Shown here piece after piece: positions 49,073 to 59,798 of a DNA stretch of 64,000 nt. The DNA is from Nitrososphaerota archaeon. GTDB lineage: Archaea; Thermoproteota; Nitrososphaeria_A; Caldarchaeales; Calditenuaceae. Both the position numbers and the translations under genes were made by a program. The stretch spans positions 30,278 to 94,277 of the forward strand of contig JAWBQR010000007.1 in assembly GCA_038845265.1 (NCBI GenBank), written 5' to 3'. How positions within the stretch are numbered: the stretch's first letter is position 1; every line of letters starts with the position of its first letter. The notes beneath the pieces are model-generated. The model was given only the letters and a program-made list of their open reading frames with translations. It did no database searches and was not told where the DNA came from.

Positions 49073-50386
49073 ATGACGATCAAGGTAGTAATAATGGGAG
49101 CTGCTGGAAGAGATTTTCATAACTTTAATGTATATTTTAAGAATAGGCCTGAGTTTAGAGTTATTGCATTTACCGCAACACAAATACCGGGAATAGAAGG
49201 TAGACGCTATCCTCCTTCACTTGCTGGACCTCTATATCCTGATGGAATCCCGATTTTACCAGAATCATCGCTTGAAGATATATTGAAAAAGAATGATGTT
49301 GACCTAGTCGTGCTTGCATATAGTGACCTAACACATGATGAAGTAATGCATAAAGCATCTAGAGTTATCGCCTCTGGCTCAGATTTCATGCTGCTCGGAC
49401 CAAAAGCAACAATGCTCAAATCAAATAAACCAGTAGTAGCAATTACAGCAACTAGGACGGGAGCAGGAAAGAGCACGGTCTCAAGATACGTTATAAATAT
49501 TATTAGAGATGCTGGTAAGCGAGTAGTTGTAGTTCGACATCCAATGCCTTACGGGGACCTCGAAAAACAGGTTGTTCAGAGGTTTGAAAGCATTGAGGAT
49601 CTTGATAAGTATGGATGCACAATAGAGGAGCGGGAAGAATATGAGCCACACTTAGTTTTGGGGGTCGTAGTTTATTCAGGCGTCGATTATATTGAGGTTC
49701 TTAGGAGGGCTGAGATGGATGGTGAGGTTCTTATATGGGATGGTGGAAACAACGATTTTCCATTCATAAAACCATCAGTAAACATAGTTGTGACTGATGC
49801 TCAGAGGCCCGGGCAAGAAGCATCGTCATATCCAGGAGAAGTAAATATACGTATGGCAGATGTAGTAGTGATAAATAAATCTCAAGAAGTATCTAAGGAA
49901 AACTTAGAAATAATTAAGCAAAATATAGCTAGAATAAATCCAAATGTTAGGGTGGTGGTCGCAAGGTCTAAAATCATTGGTGAAGGATTAGAAAAAATAA
50001 GTGGACGTAGGGTAATTGTCGTTGAGGATGGACCAACAGTTACTCATGGAGGATTTAGTTATGGTGCTGGATACGTGGCTGCGAAGAAATATGGCGCCGA
50101 GATAATAGACCCACGACCATACGCCACAGGAGTAATAAAAAAACTATACGAACAGTACCGACATATAGGTAACGTAGTTCCAGCAGTAGGATATAACAAT
50201 GAACAGATAAGAGACCTTGAAGAAACATTAATGAATGCCGATTGCGAATTTATAGTGAGTGCAACTCCGACTGATCTATCTAGAATTATTAAGATAAACA
50301 AGGAAATAATAAGAATTAGATATGAGTTAGACGATTTAGGGGATACTACAATAAAAGATGTCCTAAGGGAAAAAGGTATAATATAG
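49073..50386 (+). CDS. arcE: arginine synthetase ArcE-like P-loop protein (cDPG synthetase-related family)
   Basis: GAAGRDFHNFN, TATQIP, RTGAGKS, RHPMPYGDL, TIEEREEYEPH, WDGGNND, VEDGPTVTHG. Confidence 0.8.
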   Translation: MTIKVVIMGAAGRDFHNFNVYFKNRPEFRVIAFTATQIPGIEGRRYPPSLAGPLYPDGIPILPESSLEDILKKNDVDLVVLAYSDLTHDEVMHKASRVIASGSDFMLLGPKATMLKSNKPVVAITATRTGAGKSTVSRYVINIIRDAGKRVVVVRHPMPYGDLEKQVVQRFESIEDLDKYGCTIEEREEYEPHLVLGVVVYSGVDYIEVLRRAEMDGEVLIWDGGNNDFPFIKPSVNIVVTDAQRPGQEASSYPGEVNIRMADVVVINKSQEVSKENLEIIKQNIARINPNVRVVVARSKIIGEGLEKISGRRVIVVEDGPTVTHGGFSYGAGYVAAKKYGAEIIDPRPYATGVIKKLYEQYRHIGNVVPAVGYNNEQIRDLEETLMNADCEFIVSATPTDLSRIIKINKEIIRIRYELDDLGDTTIKDVLREKGII

Positions 50387-50400
50387 TATAGACTTGGATT

Positions 50401-50604
50401 TTATATTATGATTTCTTCTGTCGCCTTACTTATCTCGGCCTTTGTAATTGATTTTTGAATTGACTTAATTGCTTTTATACATTCATATTTTGAGCGGTAA
50501 CCAAGAGAAGAGTCAGCGACGAATTTGTTATTATCTGATTGGAGTCTCCATCTGTAATTACCTTTTTCGTCTTTATATACATGGAATTTGGCCATCAGTA
50601 CCAC
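50401..50604 (-). CDS. YegP/DUF1508 family protein
   Basis: FHVYKDEKGNYRWRLQSDNNKFVADS..GY. Confidence 0.8.
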   Translation of the reverse strand: MVLMAKFHVYKDEKGNYRWRLQSDNNKFVADSSLGYRSKYECIKAIKSIQKSITKAEISKATEEIII

Positions 50605-50731
50605 CTTGGTTTAATTTAGGTTAATCAAGGTATATAAAAGCGATGTGGGACAATAATCTGCTTCAATTCGGAGGTATAACATAGAAATTCTCCTAGTAAA
50701 GCATGAATCATATTCGGTAAAGGTTCACTTT

Positions 50732-51865
50732 TTATAGCTCTTTTGAATATTTTGTGAGAACTTCTGCACCATCTTCCGTAACTAATAAGACTTCTTCTAA
50801 CCTTATACCTCCTACATTCTTAATATAGATCCCCGGTTCTAGTGCTAAAACCATGCCAGGCTTGAGTTGAGTATTGCTTGAAGGATAAATCTTTGGCTCT
50901 TCATGATAAGTGACTCCTAATCCATGCCCAGTGTGATGAGGATAATCATATCCATGACGCTTTATTTCACTTCTTACAACTTCGTCTAACTTCATTGCAG
51001 ATATGCCGGGCCTGACGTTTTCAATTCCTTTTTTAAGCGCAGAGATAACTATCTCATGTAATCTTTTCTGTTCTTCACTCGGCTCACCAACACTGATAGT
51101 CGTGCAGCTATCACCCCAGTAACCATCTACACAGGGTACCAAATCACAGATGACTAGCTCTCCTCTCCGTAGTCTACGTGTTGATGGATGTCCACTGACT
51201 TCCCACGTTCTTTCGCCTGAAATCATATCAGCCAATAGAGGCGTCCTCGCACCAACCTTTTCCTCAATCTTAGCCTTGACAAGAGAATAAACTTCGATCT
51301 CGGATACTCCTTCATGTATTAGCTGTCGGCTCACTATCTGTCCCCAACTAGCTATTTCAGAGACACGTCTAAGAAGTTCAACCTCATCTTCATCCTTTAC
51401 TGCACGCATTGATTCTAAACTTCTAGAAATATCTCTCCAATTAACGTCTCGTAATTTTTCTTGAATACCCCATAAAAGGGCAGCGGGGAAATATTCTGCC
51501 TCAACACCCAGCGATCCGCTATCAATTCTGAGACGCTTCATCGAGTCTAGCAGAAGGCCAATCAAGTTGGAAACTGCCCTCATACTTGTGTCGTAAATGT
51601 TGTAGCAGCTATAAACAGAGATGTTGTCGACTTTTCCCCTGCTTCGAGCGGCCTGCTCTTCAAACTCTGAAACAATCAGCTCGGACTCTCCATCTCTATT
51701 CAATACTAGGATTGGCGGACCAGCCTCAAATGGATTAGGTCCAGTCTCAATAGGTGCTACGTATCCGGAAAGATAACGGATACTTCCGAGGCTACAAAAG
51801 ATTGCTCCACTCATATTCATTCTAGAAAGAAAGTCACATATCCGTAAACGTCTATCAGTCAGCAT
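50732..51865 (-). CDS. Xaa-Pro peptidase family (M24)
   Basis: HHTGHGLG, HEEP, LEPGIY, GIRLEE. Confidence 0.92.
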   Translation of the reverse strand: MLTDRRLRICDFLSRMNMSGAIFCSLGSIRYLSGYVAPIETGPNPFEAGPPILVLNRDGESELIVSEFEEQAARSRGKVDNISVYSCYNIYDTSMRAVSNLIGLLLDSMKRLRIDSGSLGVEAEYFPAALLWGIQEKLRDVNWRDISRSLESMRAVKDEDEVELLRRVSEIASWGQIVSRQLIHEGVSEIEVYSLVKAKIEEKVGARTPLLADMISGERTWEVSGHPSTRRLRRGELVICDLVPCVDGYWGDSCTTISVGEPSEEQKRLHEIVISALKKGIENVRPGISAMKLDEVVRSEIKRHGYDYPHHTGHGLGVTYHEEPKIYPSSNTQLKPGMVLALEPGIYIKNVGGIRLEEVLLVTEDGAEVLTKYSKEL

Positions 51866-51983
51866 ATCAAGATAAAAATTGTGAAAGAGATATATTTGAA
51901 TTTTAATAGATCATTGAGTTAGCATTTTATGTATGAAATTAAATTATAAAAAATATATATAACCTAATGAGTAGATATCACTC

Positions 51984-52949
51984 ATGGCGGCGGATTATTC
52001 TAAAAGTGCAAGAGTAGTTATACGAGACTGCCTAGGAGTGAAGCCAAATGAAAAAGTATTGGTTATATGTGATACGGAGACTGAGCGTTTTGGACGGCCA
52101 TTATTCCATGAAGCATTGAGCATGAATGCTGAAGCCACATTAATAATCATGAAGCCAAGAAGTAGACATGGAGAGGAGCCCCCGGAGCAGGTAGCAGTCG
52201 CTATGCGTAGCGTAGACGTATTCGTTGCGCCTACGAAGTATAGCCTAACTCATACCCAGGCTAGGAAAGCAGCGACTCAAGCGGGTGTCAGGGGCGCGAC
52301 TATGCCCGGAATAAACGACGCTATCTTTTTATCGGAAGCCATGGTGGCAGACTACAACGACGTAAAGAACCGAGTAGAAAGAATGGGAAGTACTCTAAAA
52401 GACGTGAAGAAAGTCACAATAACTTCTCCGGCTGGCTGTAACTTAACGCTTCACATTGAGGGCAGGCCCCTCGTCCTAGATACTGGAATTATTCATAATA
52501 GGGGAGACTTTGGGAATTTGCCAGCTGGAGAGGTATATGTGGCGCCAATTGAGGGGACAGCTGAAGGCACGATAGTTTTTGACGGAACAATCGCAAGCAT
52601 AGGGCAGGTTACTAGGCCAGTTACGATTAAAGTTAAGGATGGTTACGCAAAATCGTTCGAAGGAGGAGAGGAGGCTCAAAAGCTAGAACAAATGTTAAAA
52701 GCAGTAGGAAAGCCTGAAGCATTCAATGTGGCTGAGCTAGGTATTGGATGTAATCCACATGCTAAACTGATGGGAAACTTACTGATCGATGAAAAAGTCT
52801 ATAATACAATACACATAGCGTTAGGAGACAATAGCACCTTTGGTGGAAAAACAATAGCAGGAATACACATTGATGGCGTGGTACTTAAACCAACAGTGAA
52901 GGTAAATGATGAAAAGATAATTATCAAGGATGGAGAATGGATAATATAG
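51984..52949 (+). CDS. M29-like (leucyl) aminopeptidase family protein
   Basis: NLPAGEVY, AELGIGCN, DEKVYNTIHIALG, HIDG. Confidence 0.85.
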   Translation: MAADYSKSARVVIRDCLGVKPNEKVLVICDTETERFGRPLFHEALSMNAEATLIIMKPRSRHGEEPPEQVAVAMRSVDVFVAPTKYSLTHTQARKAATQAGVRGATMPGINDAIFLSEAMVADYNDVKNRVERMGSTLKDVKKVTITSPAGCNLTLHIEGRPLVLDTGIIHNRGDFGNLPAGEVYVAPIEGTAEGTIVFDGTIASIGQVTRPVTIKVKDGYAKSFEGGEEAQKLEQMLKAVGKPEAFNVAELGIGCNPHAKLMGNLLIDEKVYNTIHIALGDNSTFGGKTIAGIHIDGVVLKPTVKVNDEKIIIKDGEWII

Positions 52950-52969
52950 GGTAAAATAAATTTTATCAG

Positions 52970-53719
52970 TTATTCAGAGTCAAGCCTTCTTTTCTTTGCT
53001 AGCGGATGCGGATAAGATATCCTGCTCTGACGTAATCCAAGGCGGACAAGCATCTTAGCCCAATAGATAGCTGATCTTATAGGATCAACAACTGGCACTT
53101 CATATCCTTTTGCTTTTAATTTTTCTTGCAGTCTGTCTGAAAGTCCCACCATTCCAGTGCATCCTAAGACTAATACTTCTGCACCATCCTCATTAATGGC
53201 TTTTAGACACGCTTCGAATATTTGTTCTTCTACTCGTTCTCCATGAGACAGGCCTAGCACAGGTATGCCCACATCTCTAATAGTTATCACCCTCCCTTCA
53301 AGTCCGAGTCCTCTTACCATATGCCTCACGACTGGATTAGTCTCCTTCAATACAGATAATATGCCTATCCTATCTCCAAGCGAGGCCGCCACGTAGAGGG
53401 CCGCCTCTCCGGCACCTATGACCGGAATAGAAACTATTTCTCTTAATGCATTCAATGCCGGATTAGTAAAGCAACTTACAACTACTGCATCGAATCCTTT
53501 CTTTTCAGCATCCTTGACAAGTTTTGCGAGTTGGAGCCCTGCATCGACTTCGTCTATGAAGCTCTCAACAGAATCAGGCCCCTTGTCTAGACACGTTACC
53601 TCAACGTCTGGAAATTCTCCACTGAGTTCTTTGCGGTGATGGGCTAAGAAATCTTTAGAAGTGTTTGGTATAATTACAGATATTCGCGGCTCAGATTTCT
53701 TCATAAAATCTATTTTCAT
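52970..53719 (-). CDS. hydantoin/aspartate/glutamate racemase family
   Basis: PNTS, VSCFTNP, VLGCTGM, VPVVDP. Confidence 0.88.
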   Translation of the reverse strand: MKIDFMKKSEPRISVIIPNTSKDFLAHHRKELSGEFPDVEVTCLDKGPDSVESFIDEVDAGLQLAKLVKDAEKKGFDAVVVSCFTNPALNALREIVSIPVIGAGEAALYVAASLGDRIGILSVLKETNPVVRHMVRGLGLEGRVITIRDVGIPVLGLSHGERVEEQIFEACLKAINEDGAEVLVLGCTGMVGLSDRLQEKLKAKGYEVPVVDPIRSAIYWAKMLVRLGLRQSRISYPHPLAKKRRLDSE

Positions 53720-53881
53720 TTTTCCATTATTTAAGCTTTAGTAAAGAGGCTAAATAATTTCGCCAATAATTAATTCTCGAATACATTTGTGCAAAATGAC
53801 TCTGAACCATTAATTAATGCATAGTTTTGGAATTATTCATAAAAACTTTTAATATCATAAAATCTAGATAATTTTTTAGTA

Positions 53882-55633
53882 ATGTCTTCAGATGATAGAA
53901 ATGCTCATGAGAGGCCCTCTCCACTGCTTCATGAAGCTATACCCCGACCATCTGAATATATTCATGGTCAACCAGTCTACATAATCAGAAAGGGTTCTAC
54001 TGAAAGTATAGGTAAGCCAGCAGTCAAGGAGAATATAGCGGCGGCGAAGGCACTTGCATCTATGTTCAAATCATTGCTTGGTCCAAATCGGATGCAAAAA
54101 CTATTAATCGTCCAAGAAGGTAGATCAGAACTGATATTCCAAACGTCAGATATGCGTACAATACTTAAAAAGATTAAATTAGAGCACCCCATTGCGCAGT
54201 TCTTGGCCGGTGCTGCAATAGCCGCTTCAACTGAGACGGGAAGTGGAGCAGTATCAACATTATTGCTAGCCTCGCAGATTCTAGTTGAATGTGAATCATT
54301 GATTGATAAGGGGCTTCATCAAAATGATATTGTAGATGGCTTGACACTGGCATATAAATTCGTGCAAAATGCTTTAGATGAGCTTAGCTTTAGGCTTAAC
54401 TATAGCACGATAGAGACAATCAATAAATGTATTAATTGCGAAATTAGGGGAAAAGTGCCTTATCATGATGAACATATTGCTAGTTTGCTAAATAAGGTCA
54501 TCAATACTATTGGATTAGAGCCACTCAAGAATCCAGACACCGAGCTTCATATTGACGTAAAGAAGATCGTCGGGGGAGGAATAAATGACTCATTCGTAGT
54601 TAATGGGATAGCTCTTTTTAGAGAACCATTCCATCCAAGAATGCCAAGAAGGGTCGTTGGAGCAAAGATCGCTGTTATTAAGGGTGAGCTTCGCATACCG
54701 AATAAGAAGATATCACGTTACCAAGATTATTCCTTCGAGTTTGATGATCCAAATTACTGGACTAACTTCGAGGAAAAAAGAAGAGAATTTCTGGATCTCA
54801 TATCTAGAAGTATTTTTGAGGTCGGTGCAAATGTTGTGGCTGTAGAAAAAGGAGTAGATGAATTACTAATTGAAAAATTTGCTGATCAAAATATCATGTT
54901 AATTATGAGGTTTCCCCCACCAGAGTTTGATAGATTTGTCAAAATTGTCGGCGCAGTGCCTGTTGTTAATACAGATCAACTTGAACCGTCCTATCTTGGA
55001 TATGCAGAAATTGTAGAATATGAAAAAATCAATAATGAATATTGGGTATTTTTTAAAGGATGTAAAAATCTACACAACATTGACATAGTACTAAGAGGTG
55101 CTAATAAATACATCATTGACGATGTAGAAAGGATAATCAATAACGTTATTAGACTTGCTAGGTCAGTCGCTCGTGATGATAGAGTAGTTTGGGGAGGTGG
55201 AGCAATCGAGGAAGAAATTTCTTTACTTTTGCAGAAATATGCAGAGGAAATACCTGACAAAAAACAATTAGTGATAGAGGCAGTAGCTAGAGCTTTCGAG
55301 ATCATTCCATATGTATTAATCGAGAGCATTGGTATGGATCCCATAGACGGCTTATCAAGACTTCGGAGAGAGCATGTTTCAGGTAATAAATCGTTCGGTG
55401 TAGATGTTATTAATGCTTCATTGGGAGATGTAAGTAAACATCACATTCTTGACCCGTTACCAGTTAAAAAACAGATAATAAATTCGGCTTTTGAGGCAGC
55501 GTACACGATTATGAGAATAGATCATTTAGTGAGATGTAGACAATTATCTGAGCCGGAAAAGTATTATGTAGAAAGGGTTAAGAAAACATCTATTGAGGAA
55601 TTAAAGAAAAAGAAGGAAGATATTGTAAGATAA
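53882..55633 (+). CDS. divergent group II chaperonin (thermosome-like)
   Basis: SLLGP, EHPIAQ, WGGGAIE, FEIIP, LDPLPVKKQ, IMRID; nucleotide-binding motifs altered. Confidence 0.85.
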   Translation: MSSDDRNAHERPSPLLHEAIPRPSEYIHGQPVYIIRKGSTESIGKPAVKENIAAAKALASMFKSLLGPNRMQKLLIVQEGRSELIFQTSDMRTILKKIKLEHPIAQFLAGAAIAASTETGSGAVSTLLLASQILVECESLIDKGLHQNDIVDGLTLAYKFVQNALDELSFRLNYSTIETINKCINCEIRGKVPYHDEHIASLLNKVINTIGLEPLKNPDTELHIDVKKIVGGGINDSFVVNGIALFREPFHPRMPRRVVGAKIAVIKGELRIPNKKISRYQDYSFEFDDPNYWTNFEEKRREFLDLISRSIFEVGANVVAVEKGVDELLIEKFADQNIMLIMRFPPPEFDRFVKIVGAVPVVNTDQLEPSYLGYAEIVEYEKINNEYWVFFKGCKNLHNIDIVLRGANKYIIDDVERIINNVIRLARSVARDDRVVWGGGAIEEEISLLLQKYAEEIPDKKQLVIEAVARAFEIIPYVLIESIGMDPIDGLSRLRREHVSGNKSFGVDVINASLGDVSKHHILDPLPVKKQIINSAFEAAYTIMRIDHLVRCRQLSEPEKYYVERVKKTSIEELKKKKEDIVR

Positions 55634-55646
55634 AAAATTCTTGTTT

Positions 55647-57266
55647 TTATACTGGTAGCTGTGCCTTTAAGTCATTATACTTCTCAGTGTAGTAGTCTAA
55701 TTCGTCCGGCAGATCTGGTGATAAGAAGTATCTAGTGATCTTCTGCTTGTCTTCGATTGATCCAAGGTCTCTGAGGTTGCCTCTTGGATGCGGCTTTCCT
55801 TCTCTCGGCTTCTCACCGGGCGGGAAGTATTTGTCAGGCAAGAAGAGGGCATGTAGTAATCGATCCTCTAAGTTCCAAAGTTCAGGCCTATCAGGGAAGC
55901 ACCAATTCTTTATTATTTCATCTATTGGTAGATATGTTCTTTGTCCATTATTGACCCAGTCAAAGAACTCTGCTCCCATGTAGGATCTTACGTCATCGTA
56001 GTTACTCGTTAGGGTTCCGTAGCCATTCCTAGTGATGAATGCGCTCCACCAAACGTCTGTTCTGAATGCTATGAACTTGTATACATGCTCAAGTATCGGT
56101 GTATGTTTTGATACGATGTCGCCGTTAAACCAGAAGAACGGGCCATTAACTAGTCTTGCATAATATGCTGGGGTTCCGGCTCTTCGTACGTCATAACAAA
56201 TAGGCTGCCAAGTGCTACCGATCCAAATCTCCCTTGTGGCAAGCAAGTTAACAGCGTCGCCATACTTAAACCAGAAAGTCCTTATTTGTCCAGACTTAAC
56301 TACTGGTAGCAGGAAGTTATAGATTCTATCTACTTCTTCTTTCGTAAGGTTTGTATTTGCACCGGTCAGTGTTATTTGTCCAGTGGCCTCTAACTCATTT
56401 GCAGTCTCGCTAAAGACAGTGAAGGCTTCGTCTTGCATCATTGTCCTTCCTTTCCATTCAGGGTTCCATAGCTCAGAGTATGAGAAGGATAACTTTTCTC
56501 CTCCTTGTTCCTCATATGGTAATTTTTCTGGCAAATATGTGATTGAGTCGAAGTTCCAGTTATTTGGAACTAGTGCAAAGTTTTTGAATGTATCATAGTC
56601 TTCTTCTGAGAACCATAGGTTATATTTGAACCTCGGAACCTGCGCTGGTCTTAGGTATTTTTCTGGATGGATAAATATTTGAGGAACTTTGTTTGGATCA
56701 AACCTTGGTAACTTCTCAGCAGGTATTGGCAATATGATTCCTGCTTTCTTAATTGGTGGGAATCTGGCTGTGCCTGCTACGTCCCACCCATAGCCCTCAG
56801 TGGCAACGATTCTCTGAGCCATGATGAAGAGGTCTAGGTAGCTTGCCTCTACTTTTTGCTTGTGAACTTTTTCCCAGAACTCTGCGACTTCGGGGTACAT
56901 CATCCATGCTCCGCCCAAGTAGCGGATCGGCTGCGCAATGGGAGTAGGCGAATAATAGTACTCCCAGTTCGGGAACTTTGCAAGATACTCTGCAGGAGCA
57001 GGTAGCTCTGTTATTGTTGTGGCCGGCGTGGTTACGGTAGTTACTGGTGTGGTTACAGTAGTTGCTGGCGCCGTCCCAGTAACTGTTATAGTTTTCGTCT
57101 CAGTTTTTACTTGTGTCACTGTTGTAGCAACTGTCCTCTCAACTACTTCTGCCCCTCTTGCGAGGTAGCCTATTGCACCACCAACGACAAGTCCAGCAAC
57201 TGTGCCGCCGATAATCTTTGTAGCAGTTCTTCTATTAACCGAATTACCTTTTCCAGACATTTTCAA
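55647..57266 (-). CDS. extracellular solute-binding protein (polyamine-like ABC), Tat-type signal
   Basis: VNRRTA twin-arginine, Thr-rich linker, SYSELWNPEWKGR. Confidence 0.8.
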   Translation of the reverse strand: MKMSGKGNSVNRRTATKIIGGTVAGLVVGGAIGYLARGAEVVERTVATTVTQVKTETKTITVTGTAPATTVTTPVTTVTTPATTITELPAPAEYLAKFPNWEYYYSPTPIAQPIRYLGGAWMMYPEVAEFWEKVHKQKVEASYLDLFIMAQRIVATEGYGWDVAGTARFPPIKKAGIILPIPAEKLPRFDPNKVPQIFIHPEKYLRPAQVPRFKYNLWFSEEDYDTFKNFALVPNNWNFDSITYLPEKLPYEEQGGEKLSFSYSELWNPEWKGRTMMQDEAFTVFSETANELEATGQITLTGANTNLTKEEVDRIYNFLLPVVKSGQIRTFWFKYGDAVNLLATREIWIGSTWQPICYDVRRAGTPAYYARLVNGPFFWFNGDIVSKHTPILEHVYKFIAFRTDVWWSAFITRNGYGTLTSNYDDVRSYMGAEFFDWVNNGQRTYLPIDEIIKNWCFPDRPELWNLEDRLLHALFLPDKYFPPGEKPREGKPHPRGNLRDLGSIEDKQKITRYFLSPDLPDELDYYTEKYNDLKAQLPV

Positions 57267-57451
57267 ATTTGAGTAGTTTATGGTTTTATTTAAGGTTTAG
57301 CATAAATTAAATAAAACAGGTCAATATTAAACAGTCAAAAATATTTGAAGTGATAGATGCTCTCTATTTAATATGTGCCTGCAATATTTAATATTGACAA
57401 TTGATAAAAATCGAAATATATAAATAATGCAACATTCATGAATAAAACGAT

Positions 57452-58513
57452 ATGCCACAACTATTAGATTTGGAATTAGCCAAAACAGCACACGTTGTTA
57501 TTAACAAGTTATGCAAAGTGAAGCCGGGAGAGAGTGTACTAATAACCATTGATGGTCCTGAGGAGTGGCGGGTCGCGGAGGAGATTGCTAAGGCAGCTGA
57601 ATGTGCAGGAGCCAAAGTGATGGTTGCATGGCATACAACCCCTCCGGGTTATGGCAAAGTTGGAGACCCATACCTACCTGATCCATTAAAGGCAGCCATA
57701 CCGAATACCGATGTCTGGATCGAGCTAAACAATCAGTGGCTGCTCTACTCTACGCCGTGGGAGGAGGCAATGACGCCTGCAGCATTAGGAAAGGGTCGCG
57801 TCAGATATCTCTTCCTAGGTGGCCTGAATGTTGACCAGATGGTGCGATGCATAGGAAAGGTCAACATAGATGTTCAGGCAGAGTTTCAGAACACTCTTGT
57901 CGAGATGACTAGAAAGGCCAGAAAAATGCGCGTAGTCACGCCTGCAGGTAACGATGTATCGTTTGAGAATGACCCAGATAGACCAGTAACTAACGAGCTA
58001 TTTGCTGATACTCCTGGTCCACACTTCCTATTAGGGCAGATGGGATGGGCGCCGATCGAGGAGACAGTAAACGGCGTAATAGTATTTGACGGCTCATTCT
58101 CAGGAGGCGGAGAAGCAGACTTAGGAATTTTAAGAGAACCAATTAGATTAATCGTCAAAAATGGAGAGATCAAGGACATTCAAGGGGGAGCAGAAGCACT
58201 AAAGGTCAAGAAATGGCTAGAAAAGCTAGGCGATCCCAATATGTACTATGTAGCGCACATTTGTTATGGCTTTAATCCAGGGGCCAGATTATCGGGACTC
58301 TGCACAGAGGACGAGCGTGTCTGGGGATGTACTGAGTGGGGATTCGGTTATCAGGGTCCAATGTTTAGAGGCAAAGGCAAGAAGGCTGTCTCTCACTTCG
58401 ATGGTATTTGTCTTAACTCAACAGTATGGCTAGATGGTGAAAAGATTATCGATACAGGAACACCCATACACCCCAAGCTTAGAGAACTTGCAGTAAAATT
58501 AGGCAAAGGATAG
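57452..58513 (+). CDS. M29-fold leucyl-aminopeptidase-like protein
   Basis: VKPGESVLIT, NGVIVFDG, AHICYGFNP, EDER, HFDG. Confidence 0.8.
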   Translation: MPQLLDLELAKTAHVVINKLCKVKPGESVLITIDGPEEWRVAEEIAKAAECAGAKVMVAWHTTPPGYGKVGDPYLPDPLKAAIPNTDVWIELNNQWLLYSTPWEEAMTPAALGKGRVRYLFLGGLNVDQMVRCIGKVNIDVQAEFQNTLVEMTRKARKMRVVTPAGNDVSFENDPDRPVTNELFADTPGPHFLLGQMGWAPIEETVNGVIVFDGSFSGGGEADLGILREPIRLIVKNGEIKDIQGGAEALKVKKWLEKLGDPNMYYVAHICYGFNPGARLSGLCTEDERVWGCTEWGFGYQGPMFRGKGKKAVSHFDGICLNSTVWLDGEKIIDTGTPIHPKLRELAVKLGKG

Positions 58514-58614
58514 AATAGAAAAATTAACGCTTCTTTTTCTTTTTATGAATTATTATGAATTATAATAAACGCATAAGGAAAGATATTTATCTAATTATGA
58601 TTTCTTAGTACTGT

Positions 58615-59148
58615 ATGGACGTATTAGATGCAATTAGGAAAAGGGTGGCGGTCAGATACTTTGAGGAAAAACCAGTCCCTGAAGATGTACTTAAGACATT
58701 AGCTTGGGCGGCACATAAAGCACCAACTGGTGGAAACACTCCCTATAGAAGAGTCATGGTGGTAAATGATGAGGAGACTGTGGAGATGGTTAAGAAAGTT
58801 TCTCCAGGTTTTCTGAGCAATGCGAAGGCACTCATATTGATTTACACCGACTTGGATATTGCGTATAAAGGGTTAGGAAGACTTGGAAGAGATATCTGTT
58901 CTATGATTGATGCCGGAGCAGCGGCAGAAAATGTAGCATTGGCCGCTCTTAAGTATGGTCTCGGGACTTGCTTCACAAAATCCTACAGTGAGGCAGGAGT
59001 TAAGGAAGTTCTAGAAATACCTGAAAATTATAGAACTGAAGTTATGGTCCAAATAGGCTATCCAAAGAAGGACATGCCTCCACCACTTAAGGCAAAACCA
59101 AATGCTCGTATAACTTATCTGAACAGACATGGAAACCTATGGACATGA
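58615..59148 (+). CDS. nitroreductase family protein
   Basis: AIRKRVAVRYF, APTGGN, DAGAAAENVALAA..GLGTC. Confidence 0.9.
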   Translation: MDVLDAIRKRVAVRYFEEKPVPEDVLKTLAWAAHKAPTGGNTPYRRVMVVNDEETVEMVKKVSPGFLSNAKALILIYTDLDIAYKGLGRLGRDICSMIDAGAAAENVALAALKYGLGTCFTKSYSEAGVKEVLEIPENYRTEVMVQIGYPKKDMPPPLKAKPNARITYLNRHGNLWT

Positions 59149-59302
59149 ATATACCTAAATGTGGTCTAAGAACAATCTTTTTTCATGTTTTAACAATTAA
59201 AACTTAAGTCTTAAGTTTTCAACATAGGAATATGTCATGAAAGACAACCAAATTGTTAAATATCGACCTTGACGAGAGAATTATTGCTAGGGGAGAGTAA
59301 TA

Positions 59303-59632
59303 ATGGGGCAGGCATACAGTAGTGATTTCAGTAAAGAAATATTTGACATTGTTGTTTTTGCGTTATCAGCGGCACGAATAACGGCTGATGAGCCACCACT
59401 ATATGGCTCACTCAGGCTCATTGACTTATCAAGTAAGATAATCAAGCTACAAGAATTAGTAGAGAAGGAGAAGGCCGATAAGTTTCTCCAACGAATAAGA
59501 CAGATAATTGAGGAGAAAAAATACTTGGTCATGGCGTCAGAGGAAGAATTCATTAAAGTACTTGACCAGTTAATCTCTGAATGTGCGAAAGAGTTGAAAA
59601 CCCGCAAAAAACTAAGCCAAAAAAGAGAATAA
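59303..59632 (+). CDS. DUF6092-like helical protein
   Basis: SAARITADEPPLYGSLRLID motif. Confidence 0.65.
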   Translation: MGQAYSSDFSKEIFDIVVFALSAARITADEPPLYGSLRLIDLSSKIIKLQELVEKEKADKFLQRIRQIIEEKKYLVMASEEEFIKVLDQLISECAKELKTRKKLSQKRE

Positions 59633-59798
59633 ATCAGCATTATATATTTTGGTACATCCTAAACGATTTCTCAAAGAATTATATTTTTCCTTTTCTATTC
59701 TTACTGTCTATAATATTTTTTTAATAGTATTATTAAATAAGGCTTTATGCCCTCATAAAAGTTAAATACTGATAAAATACTGATTTTTGTGAAAAGTT

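Noticed and set aside
57005-57140. Short repeats in the solute-binding protein gene (also about 375-480)
   Set aside because: They encode Thr/Val-rich linkers common in archaeal SBPs, not a DNA repeat element
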